Source of the DNA: a virus
Direction: 5' to 3' (one strand)
DNA length: 64,000 bases
IMG/VR virus record: IMGVR_UViG_3300025012_000047
Coordinates: 35,171 to 99,170 of that record
Shown here: positions 30,376 to 38,654 of the stretch, one piece after another
How positions within the stretch are numbered: position 1 is the stretch's first letter
How the letters are laid out: each line of letters opens with the position of its first letter
Position numbers and translations under genes: made by a program
The notes under the pieces: generated by a model
Seen by the model: only the letters and a program-made list of their open reading frames with translations
Told to the model about the DNA's origin: nothing
The model's database searches: none

Positions 30376-31803
30376 ATGATAAACAAAAATACAATATTTG
30401 AGGTAATTGAAGATTTTAAAACAAAGAATAAGGATTTCACAGTAACTATCAAAACAGAAAAGACTACTAGAAAATATCATTATAATAAGAATGGACAAAT
30501 AACTGAAGTTATTGAAGGTAAATTTTATGAAGAAGGGAAGTTTATGGATAAATTATTTGTTGATTATTTTATAACTAAATATGATGTTGTTTATAGTTTA
30601 GGAACAGGTTTTCTAATTTTTAATGACACTATTTGGGAAAAATGTTCTGATATACATATTCAACAATTAATTGCGGATATTTTAGAATTAGAAGATGAAT
30701 TAACAAATGCAAAAATAAGTAGTACATTTAAAATGTTAATAAATCAAGTTAACAATGATAAATTGGGACAATTATTGAATTCGAATAGAAATAGATTAAT
30801 ATTAAAGAATGGGACATTAGATATTTCTGATATTGAAATTCCAGTTTTTTATAAAGATGAATTCTTTAAAGAGGATTACAGTACAATCCAACTAAATGTA
30901 AACTATGATTTAAAATCATTAGATAATGCAGATAATTGGAAATATTATATGATGTCTACATTTGAAAAAGATACTGAGAGAATAAAATTAATTGGAGAGA
31001 TGCTTGGATATTGTTTGACAAATTCTTGCAAATATCACAAATCTTTTATGCTGATCGGAGAAGGGTCTAATGGTAAATCTGTATTGTTAGACATCATTGA
31101 TTATATATGGGGTGAGAAGAATATAAGTGATATTGAATTGAGTGAATTAGATAGGGCGTTTGCTAGAGTAAGCTTATTCGGTAAATTAATAAACAAGTCC
31201 TCAGAAATAGATTATAATTTAAAGTCAACTTCATACTTTAAAAAGATTGTAGCAGGAGAAAATATTAACGCAGAATTTAAAGGTAAAGATAGTTTTACTT
31301 TTGTAAATACTGCTAAACTTATTTTTGCTATGAATGCTTTGCCAGTATCAAAAGATAAATCTGATGGATGGTATAGAAGACTTTGTATAATTCCTTTTAA
31401 TAAACAATTTAAAGGTGAAGAAATAGATATTAATTTATCTGAAAAACTTAAATTAGAGGCAGATGGAATTTTTATGTTCGCATTAAAAGGATTACAAAGA
31501 TTGACTAAACAAAAGAAATTTACTGAAAGTGTTGAGGTAAATAATAAATTAGAAGAATATAAGTTGGATAGTAGTCCTGTCAAACAATATATGGAGGAGA
31601 AATATATTGTGACAGATGAAGATAAATATATTAAAAGTTCATCATTATATGAATCATATACAGTTTGGTGTGGAGATAATGGTTTTATGAAAATGAACAA
31701 TGTAAACTTTGGTAAAGAGTTAAAGAGATTACAATACAATAAGAAACAAAAGAAAATTGATGGTAAAGCAATATGGGTTTATAGTGAGTTGAAAAGAAAG
31801 TAA
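30376..31803 (+). CDS. P4-family/D5-like SF3 helicase (no evident primase domain)
   Basis: LKNGTLD (D5_N), Walker A GEGSNGKS, GKLINKSSE, IFAMNALP, GWYRRL, and a C-terminal winged-helix-like LYESY..WC..NG. Confidence 0.88.
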   Translation: MINKNTIFEVIEDFKTKNKDFTVTIKTEKTTRKYHYNKNGQITEVIEGKFYEEGKFMDKLFVDYFITKYDVVYSLGTGFLIFNDTIWEKCSDIHIQQLIADILELEDELTNAKISSTFKMLINQVNNDKLGQLLNSNRNRLILKNGTLDISDIEIPVFYKDEFFKEDYSTIQLNVNYDLKSLDNADNWKYYMMSTFEKDTERIKLIGEMLGYCLTNSCKYHKSFMLIGEGSNGKSVLLDIIDYIWGEKNISDIELSELDRAFARVSLFGKLINKSSEIDYNLKSTSYFKKIVAGENINAEFKGKDSFTFVNTAKLIFAMNALPVSKDKSDGWYRRLCIIPFNKQFKGEEIDINLSEKLKLEADGIFMFALKGLQRLTKQKKFTESVEVNNKLEEYKLDSSPVKQYMEEKYIVTDEDKYIKSSSLYESYTVWCGDNGFMKMNNVNFGKELKRLQYNKKQKKIDGKAIWVYSELKRK

Positions 31804-32300
31804 CAAGTAAAATATAAAAGTAACAGGTAAGTAACATGTGAAATTATTTTACTTGTTACTACTTAAAACCTTATTGTAATAGTATTTTTAATTGATTTTA
31901 TTAAAGTAACAAGGCAACAAGAGGATAAAATTAATAGTAGAGTAAAATCTATTTATTATATATATAATCGATGGAGATTTTACTTATTACCTTGTTACTA
32001 TCTATAAAAGTATTGTTGCATAAGGTTTTGAGGGGTAACATGTTGGTAACAGGTCAAATTTTACTTGTTACTTTCAAACAGAATAAATCAAATTCATGAA
32101 GTAATTTTGATGCCAATCAAAATTGCTGAAATGACTTCCGCAGGACAAATAAAAAATAAATTAAAATAAAAATATCAAATTGAAAAATAAATTATATATT
32201 CTATTATTATTATTTCATGACAAGTCAAAGGAACGAACAATGGTCGTGCAGTGGCTCGCCCCTTGTTTCCAAACAATCGCTATCGCTCAGTTTGGGATTG
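31800..32300. repeat. Iteron array / putative replication origin
   Basis: GTAACA at 31800, 31820, 31831, 31906, 32035 and 32046; TGTTAC at 31854, 31993 and 32066; imperfect IR 31862-31890/32005-32032; downstream GCTATCGC hairpin. Confidence 0.75.
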
Positions 32301-32540
32301 ATTCTTTAATTAATTGGTTTTTTGTAATTTGTTTGATTAATTAAATTAAATAATAAATTAATCCCAAAATAAACCACCCAAACAAAAATCCCATCTCAAT
32401 CAACCCACAATACAATCACATGCACCACAATCGTTTCTGTTGAGTCAGAATTTATTGTTGGTATGATTATATGGGTCTGAATGAATTTGAGGTGTTTTGA
32501 GAGGATTTGCGATGATCATGTGATAAAATTATCAAAAGAA

Positions 32541-32570
32541 TAGAGACTCTAAGTTGGATTAGAGTCTCTA
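32541..32570. terminator. Palindromic terminator for the minus-strand gene
   Basis: TAGAGACTCTAA-GTTGGA-TTAGAGTCTCTA. Confidence 0.65.
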
Positions 32571-32609
32571 TAAAATCAATTACAGTTACGCAATATTATT
32601 TATTACTTC

Positions 32610-33470
32610 TTACCCTAACACAACTAAATTCTTTCCTTTCTCCTTTCTTTTCAGCAACAAATCATAAATATAGTCAATACCAATAGTTTTAACTCTAGTC
32701 AACTCTGAATCAATATCATCCCTATCACTTTCGCAAGAAATATTGAAGTAATTCTCAAAACCTTTGTTTGGCAAATTCTTATATCTTCCTTTGATTTTAT
32801 TTTTGCTGATAATGCCACAATCTCTAAGAATACTCGGTAAAGTTTTCTTATTGACTTTAATTTTACTTCCTTCTTCTTTGCTTCTAGTGCTTAACATTTT
32901 TGAAACTTGTTCAAATGTGTATGTACCCTCCGCATCAAGAAATACTCCATATTTATCAAGTTTTGGTTGTGCTTCTTTAAGTAGTTTATCTTTATATTCT
33001 ACTTCTAAAGCCAATCTTCCTGCTTCAAATAATGCTTCTCCATAAGTTCTAGGAATGGATTTGAATAATTCCTTTCTCATGGAGAAGTAATTATCAATGA
33101 GTTTATTGTATTGTTCCCATGCAAATTCATCATCTAGAATTTTAAGGAGTTTGGTGTAACCTTTTTCTGATAATATGTAGATGTTTTTAGAGTTTGATAT
33201 GGATTGTTTAGTAAAATTCATTTGTAAAAGTGAATCAGTTCCACTGATTGAGTTTTTAAGATCAATAATATCAATGTTATCAGTAAATCTAATTCTATTT
33301 TTATTGATATCTTGATTTATTTCTCTTAACTCCATATTATGAATGTTTGCAATATCTCTTACTAACATACACTTATCATTCTCACTAAATCCACCTTCGA
33401 TACCGTAGAATTCCATATTGTCTACTTTTTGAACTCCTAGTAGTTTTAATTCAGTTGTCATTGTTGTCAT
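32610..33470 (-). CDS. ORF6N-domain antirepressor-like protein
   Basis: IEGGFSENDKCMLVRDIANIH..INQDINKNRIRF..ILSEKGYTKL; PRTYGEAL..AQPK. Confidence 0.82.
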   Translation of the reverse strand: MTTMTTELKLLGVQKVDNMEFYGIEGGFSENDKCMLVRDIANIHNMELREINQDINKNRIRFTDNIDIIDLKNSISGTDSLLQMNFTKQSISNSKNIYILSEKGYTKLLKILDDEFAWEQYNKLIDNYFSMRKELFKSIPRTYGEALFEAGRLALEVEYKDKLLKEAQPKLDKYGVFLDAEGTYTFEQVSKMLSTRSKEEGSKIKVNKKTLPSILRDCGIISKNKIKGRYKNLPNKGFENYFNISCESDRDDIDSELTRVKTIGIDYIYDLLLKRKEKGKNLVVLG

Positions 33471-33857
33471 ATTTTAATTCCTTCTTTCTTTTGATTAATT
33501 TTTTATTTTTGGTTTGTACTCTTACAAAGGGTGCGGTAACTTACCGTGTGCTTGTAATTTTAATCTCTTTAAATTAATTTACCTTATGTATCAATTATAT
33601 CCCAAGACCCATCTCTAATGATAATATCACTTCCTTTCTTTGTTGTATTTTCTATTTGTACCACCTTCATTATTATACATGATTGGATGGAATTTGTAAA
33701 GTAATAAATAAAATTAATTTGACATTGATATGTTTGATGTGATATTATGCTTATATAGAGGTAAAGGTTACTTATTGTTTCACTCCTAATACATATGTTT
33801 TGATTTTGATAGACATATGGGCAATGTGGTATAATAGATAGGAATGGAGTGATTGGG

Positions 33858-34058
33858 ATGGTCAAGAATAGACTAAAAGAAATATTAAAAGAAAAAGGCA
33901 TAAAACAAATATGGCTTGCAGAACAAATAGGACTGCATAGAGGGACGTTGAATAATATTATTTCTAATAAATATAATACGACAGCAGAGATGGGTCTAAA
34001 AATAGCATATGTATTAAATATGAAATTTGAAGACATTTTTTATATAGAAGAAGATTAA
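33858..34058 (+). CDS. XRE/Cro-family HTH regulator
   Basis: NRLKEILKEKGIKQIWLAEQIGL...KIAYVL..FEDIF; upstream TTGATA-N18-TATAAT with extended -10. Confidence 0.88.
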   Translation: MVKNRLKEILKEKGIKQIWLAEQIGLHRGTLNNIISNKYNTTAEMGLKIAYVLNMKFEDIFYIEED

Positions 34059-34185
34059 ACAGAAAAATTTTGTTGCACAGTTTATGGATTAATGTCTTGA
34101 CTTATGCAACTTTATCCCTTATACTAATAAATGTAAGGAAGATTAATTCGGCCTTAACATTTAAAAGATAAGGGAGTTTTAAATT

Positions 34186-34674
34186 ATGCGTGAAATTAGT
34201 TGCAAAGAAATGGTTACTCTATCAGACACTTACACAGGAAAACAAGTTCAGGTGTTCATGTCACCTGTTCAATCTATTAAGTCTATGAATACATATCAAC
34301 AGTTCAAACTTGTGGAAGATGGAGATAATTTAGAGTTTTATGACATAAATATTAACAAACCAACTAAGCAGGAAATGACTATTCCCAAAGATACTATTAA
34401 AGAGATTAATTATTTTGAAGGTAAGAATATTTATGATTCCGTGTTTTCTATTAGTTTATTAAATGAATGTCAAATTGATTTTGCTATCAGTGAAAAACCT
34501 ATGATTTGCAAAAAGTGCAATAAGATTTTAGATAAGTATTTCGATCCATCTTGGCAAATTAATAAGGTTGGTCAGTATGGGAGTCAATGGGATAATGAAA
34601 AGGTTATTATAGATTTTTGTGAAAATTGTTTATTAGAATTTCTTGGTTATAAAGTTGGTGACATTTGTGAATGA
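34186..34674 (+). CDS. Hypothetical protein with C-terminal Zn finger
   Basis: CKKC...GQYGSQWD...FCENC; own promoter TTGACT-N17-TATACT (34097-34125). Confidence 0.6.
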   Translation: MREISCKEMVTLSDTYTGKQVQVFMSPVQSIKSMNTYQQFKLVEDGDNLEFYDININKPTKQEMTIPKDTIKEINYFEGKNIYDSVFSISLLNECQIDFAISEKPMICKKCNKILDKYFDPSWQINKVGQYGSQWDNEKVIIDFCENCLLEFLGYKVGDICE

Positions 34675-35380
34675 TTTGGTATTGTTTAAATCAGAGAATT
34701 TTCAAGGTATTGAATGTGATTTTTGGAGTAATGGAGATAAAGAAGTTTTTATGACTAGTGAACAATTAGGTATGGTTTTAGGATATTCATTTCCTAGAGA
34801 GGGTATCAATAAGATAGTTTTGAGAAACGAATATTTGAAAAAGGATGAATTTTCAGCCGAAGTCAGAATGGGTTCTCCTTCTGGAATGCAAACTACAAGA
34901 GTATTTACTGAGGACGGTATATACGAAGTAGCTTTCTTAGCTAAAACTGAGAAAGCAAAAGAATTTCGTTCATGGGTTAGGAGAATACTTAAAGGTCTTA
35001 GAACTGGCGAGTTGGAATTATTAAGAAAGCAAATTGAAGAAGATAGACCAAAGGTTTTATTATATGATCAGATAATGTCTTCTAAAACCAATAAGACTAT
35101 GATGATTGTCGCAAAGGAATTGAAATTTATAGGTGGAAGGAATAAATTATTTAGTTTTTTAAGGTCTGAAGGAATATTAATGTCGGGCAAAGGGAAACAA
35201 AATATCCCTTATCAACAATTTATTGATGCAGGATTGTTCGAAGTGGTAATTAAGATTAAAATCATTAATGGAGAAGTTACTGATATACCTGTAACATTGG
35301 TGACAAGTAAGGGAATTGATTATATATTTAAGAGACTAGAAAAGAGTAAAGAAAAAGGCTTGCTGAAACAAGCCAATTAA
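34667..35380 (+). CDS. BRO-N plus ANT antirepressor
   Basis: FMTSEQLG..LGY..VFTEDGIYE..AKEFRSWV; RPKV..GRNKLFSFLR..NIPYQQFIDAGLFEV..VTSKG. Confidence 0.85.
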   Translation: MNDLVLFKSENFQGIECDFWSNGDKEVFMTSEQLGMVLGYSFPREGINKIVLRNEYLKKDEFSAEVRMGSPSGMQTTRVFTEDGIYEVAFLAKTEKAKEFRSWVRRILKGLRTGELELLRKQIEEDRPKVLLYDQIMSSKTNKTMMIVAKELKFIGGRNKLFSFLRSEGILMSGKGKQNIPYQQFIDAGLFEVVIKIKIINGEVTDIPVTLVTSKGIDYIFKRLEKSKEKGLLKQAN

Positions 35381-35501
35381 GAGATATTAAAGAATTCATG
35401 CAATTAGATTATATCATATATTTTAAGAAGAATCCACTTGGTTTAGTGGATTCTTTTTGATGTAAAAATTTAAGGGTTACATAATTTAATTTGATAGTTT
35501 T

Positions 35502-35637
35502 AGGCAACATCAGTTTAGCTAACTGTAGAAGGGAATACACTCCTCCCTTCTTTTTTGTTGCCTTTTTATATTGGAATGGTTTGGAGTGTATGGTTGGTAG
35601 GGATAAGAATACAAAATTTGAAGGAGTGTGTTTAGGA
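35502..35637 (+). promoter_or_regulatory. Structured leader RNA, copy 3
   Basis: P1 AGGCAACA/TGTTGCCT; P2 CAGT-TTAGCTA-ACTG; P3 AGAAGGGA-ATACACTCC-TCCCTTCT; targets GGAGTGTAT (35583-35591) and GGAGTGTGT (35623-35631, the RBS). Confidence 0.75.
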
Positions 35638-37251
35638 ATGGGAAATCAACACAAAAAATGGGAAGAAGAAGAAGTAATTAAAGCAATACAGGACTTTTAT
35701 ATTAAGAATCTAAGAACACCAAAACTTGATGAATTTAAGAATAGTAACGGGTTGCCATCTCTTACTTATACAAGGAATATTTTTGGATGTAGTAAATTAG
35801 AAGATATATTAAATATTTGTAATTTATCTAAATCAGAGACTCTAAAGGTAGATCCTGATTGGGCATTAGATAAATTAAAAGAGTATAATAACGTACTTGG
35901 CAAAATACCAACAAGGGAAGATTTTAAGATTAATGATTGGAGGCCATTTTATGATTATTATAGAAGACAATTTGGTAATTATGAAAATGCCTGTTATTTA
36001 GCAGGAATTGCAGAAATACCATTATCAGATGAAGAAAGAATTGAACTATCCATAAAAGAGCTTATAAAACTAGCACACAAGTTAAATAAATGTCCAACTG
36101 TCGCAGAATATGACAACCTAATACATAGAGGTTTTGGAAGAAGAGTTTTAGAAACAAAGGTTAAAATAAAATATAATGATATATGTAGAAAATATATACC
36201 ACAATATGATTTAAATAGTATTCATGGGGAAGTTACTAAGGAAGATTTAACAAATGAACTCACAAGAATATATAATATTTTAAATAGGCCACCCATGTTT
36301 ATTGAGTTAGAAGAATACGGTTGTAAGTATAGTTGGAATCTATTTACAAGAGTATTTGATGGCATTACATATAATCAGGTAATTGAAGGCTTAAACTGGA
36401 TTCCATCTGGCTCAACAAGTATGGTAAGAACAGAGGAAGAAATGTTAACCGATTTTAATAATCTATTTCTGAAATTAAAAAGAATTCCTTATCACAATGA
36501 TATGAATAATAATTCAGATATAGCTTCAGCACCAACATATATTAGTCATTTTGGTTCAATTGAAAACATATGTAAACTACTCGATATAGATTACAAAAAA
36601 TTTTATAAAGGTGGAGGAGCAGGTAAGATATGTTTTGATAAGAATGGAGAAAAATGCAAATCGTTAGAAGAATGTAATATTGCCAATTTCTTTATCGACA
36701 ATGAATTAATATTTATTAGACAACCAAAATATAAAGAATTAATAAAAGATAGTAAAAAAGTTTTTGATTGGAAAGTGCTTATTAATAATCAATGGCGATA
36801 TGTAGAATATGCAGGAATGTATTCAGATAAACCAAGGGGTGGCATAGGGAGAAAGTATAAAGAAAGATTAGAAGATAAAATTGAAATATTAAGATTAAAC
36901 GGACACTTAGATAAGTGTCTTTTTATTTACCCCGAAGATGTAAAAACTAAAACACTTAAAGAGATATTTGAACCATTTCTTGGAATTGAGTTAAAACATG
37001 TAGAAAATACATATAATATAAGCACCAGAGAATGTTTTAGTATGACGGATGAAGAACTATTAGAAGTATTAATGCCATATAGTAACAATCAAGATGTGTT
37101 ACCTAGTACGATGATTATATCTAGAAAAGAATCTGGAATATATCATGAAATAATTAAAAGATATGGAAAATATAGCAATTTTGCAAATAGTATGGGTAAA
37201 AGGACTCGAAATATTAATAAAAATAATCAAGCAACTATATTAACAATGTAA
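35638..37251 (+). CDS. Homing-endonuclease-like protein with tandem helical repeats and PD-(D/E)XK-like core
   Basis: Repeats of the type LGKIPT..Y.RQFGNYENA; core DKNGEKCKSLEECNIANFF..FDWK..YVEYAG. ATG 35638; the ORF-track extension from 35491 is the RNA leader. Confidence 0.7.
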   Translation: MGNQHKKWEEEEVIKAIQDFYIKNLRTPKLDEFKNSNGLPSLTYTRNIFGCSKLEDILNICNLSKSETLKVDPDWALDKLKEYNNVLGKIPTREDFKINDWRPFYDYYRRQFGNYENACYLAGIAEIPLSDEERIELSIKELIKLAHKLNKCPTVAEYDNLIHRGFGRRVLETKVKIKYNDICRKYIPQYDLNSIHGEVTKEDLTNELTRIYNILNRPPMFIELEEYGCKYSWNLFTRVFDGITYNQVIEGLNWIPSGSTSMVRTEEEMLTDFNNLFLKLKRIPYHNDMNNNSDIASAPTYISHFGSIENICKLLDIDYKKFYKGGGAGKICFDKNGEKCKSLEECNIANFFIDNELIFIRQPKYKELIKDSKKVFDWKVLINNQWRYVEYAGMYSDKPRGGIGRKYKERLEDKIEILRLNGHLDKCLFIYPEDVKTKTLKEIFEPFLGIELKHVENTYNISTRECFSMTDEELLEVLMPYSNNQDVLPSTMIISRKESGIYHEIIKRYGKYSNFANSMGKRTRNINKNNQATILTM

Positions 37252-37356
37252 AAATTCTGATATTGCTTTACATAATTTCAATAATTTGTTGTATCCTCCT
37301 ATGGTTTATCATATAATAGTCATAACTATAAATACCAACAATAGGAGGATAATAAT

Positions 37357-37845
37357 ATGAAAAAATTACTCAGTTATTTATTAGTTATTATAATAATACT
37401 AGGAATCATAGGTTGCTCTACCAATGAACAAGTTTCTTTTTCTTCTATAAATTTAAAACAAGAACACACTAAAGAATTCACCTCATCTTTTACGGGTAGT
37501 GCAAATAATATCACAAAATTGTCAGCAAGTTTATATAATCAAGCAATCGCTGATAAAATACCAGAAAGGGAAACATTTGAGTATAAGTATGATGAATTTT
37601 CTAAATTAAAAGCATCAAATGATAATGAATCGGATTTTAAACTTTTTGTTTATAGTTTTGGAGAAAATTATAGAGTATTATCAGCGAATGAATATGTCTT
37701 GAAAAATGCAAAAATACTATATGATAACGGCATATTAAGTAAAGATGATTACAACCAAAACATAGAAGAATCTAAAATTAACAAAATTAAATATTTACAA
37801 AAAATTAAGGTAGATATCGAGAATATAATAAAATATTATGAATAA
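37357..37845 (+). CDS. Predicted lipoprotein (moron)
   Basis: MKKLLSYLLVIIIILGIIG-C lipobox; own promoter TTGTAT-N17-TATAAT (37289-37317). Confidence 0.75.
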   Translation: MKKLLSYLLVIIIILGIIGCSTNEQVSFSSINLKQEHTKEFTSSFTGSANNITKLSASLYNQAIADKIPERETFEYKYDEFSKLKASNDNESDFKLFVYSFGENYRVLSANEYVLKNAKILYDNGILSKDDYNQNIEESKINKIKYLQKIKVDIENIIKYYE

Positions 37846-37863
37846 TAAGAAGGATGTGTTTTT

Positions 37864-38415
37864 ATGTCAGAACAAACATTATTAACAATTGAAACAATTA
37901 GAGAAAAAGGATATGAAATTGATTCTATTTTAAATGTAAAGAAATATTTGATATTATCTCATAAAAAAGTAGCAATCAAGAGAATATTAGATTTGTGTAT
38001 TGTCGAAGGGGATGTTAAAAAGATTGATTTTTCTTTAAAAGAATTTGCATTGGAATACGTTCTTGTTAATGAATTTTCAAATATAAATTTTGAATTAGAA
38101 GATATTTTAGCATTATACGATGAATTAAAGGAATATGGGATTATAGAGAAGATTTTAAAATTAATTCCTGAATCTGAAAAAGCATTTTTTAACAATGTTT
38201 TACAAAAAGAAATTGAACAGATATATCAAGTAGATAATAGTTTCGCAAATGTCGTAAGCAAACAATTGAATAAACTTGTAGAAAAACTTCCAGACAGCAA
38301 AGAAATCAACAAAATGATTCCAAAATTAAGCAAACAAATAAATAATATCTCTCCTTCTAGTTTTAAATTTTTAACCGATGCTATAGGTTGGAGTAAAGGT
38401 GATAAAAATGCCTGA
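37864..38415 (+). CDS. Tail-module protein (possible tail assembly chaperone)
   Basis: VKKYL..K..LYDELKEYGIIEKILKLIPESE; upstream of the tape measure gene. Confidence 0.55.
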   Translation: MSEQTLLTIETIREKGYEIDSILNVKKYLILSHKKVAIKRILDLCIVEGDVKKIDFSLKEFALEYVLVNEFSNINFELEDILALYDELKEYGIIEKILKLIPESEKAFFNNVLQKEIEQIYQVDNSFANVVSKQLNKLVEKLPDSKEINKMIPKLSKQINNISPSSFKFLTDAIGWSKGDKNA

Positions 38416-38475
38416 TTTTAAAGATTTAAATTCTTTGCTTATACTTTAATATTAGTTTTAATAAATATAATATTT

Positions 38476-38654
38476 AGACAATATAGTGTCGCGAACTATA
38501 CTTGTCTTTATATATGAAATAGCAACCTCCAACTGCTATTTCTTTTTGCTTAGAGAGTGGGAAACTACTCTCTTTTTGCATGTGTGGAATTGTTGGAGGA
38601 GGATATGGTTGGTCTAAAAGATAAAATAAAAATTAGAAAGTTGGAGGAATGTAA
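38476..38654 (+). promoter_or_regulatory. Structured leader RNA, copy 4
   Basis: AGACAATATAGT-GTCGCGA-ACTATACTTGTCT; GAAATAGCA-ACCTCCAAC-TGCTATTTC; terminator-like hairpin 38552-38577; targets GTTGGAGG at 38592 and 38640 (the RBS). Confidence 0.72.

Noticed and set aside
31800-32075. CRISPR array
   Set aside because: Repeats are 6-14 bp, irregularly spaced and in both orientations; no cas genes.
33522-33557. Sixth copy of the leader RNA on the minus strand before the ORF6N gene
   Set aside because: A hairpin is present, but there is no palindromic hexamer loop and no convincing downstream complement; at most a degenerate copy.
33584-34036. Minus-strand 150-aa ORF and other short antisense/overlapping ORFs in the track (e.g. 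16173-16850, 31212-31739, 55723-56250)
   Set aside because: Shadow frames of well-supported genes, with no RBS or recognisable motifs.
28924-35380. Independent PICI/satellite (integrase, helicase, origin, regulators)
   Set aside because: The recombinase sits where SPbeta-like phages carry a resident tail-module recombinase, no att-like direct repeats were seen, and the gene order is not PICI-like.
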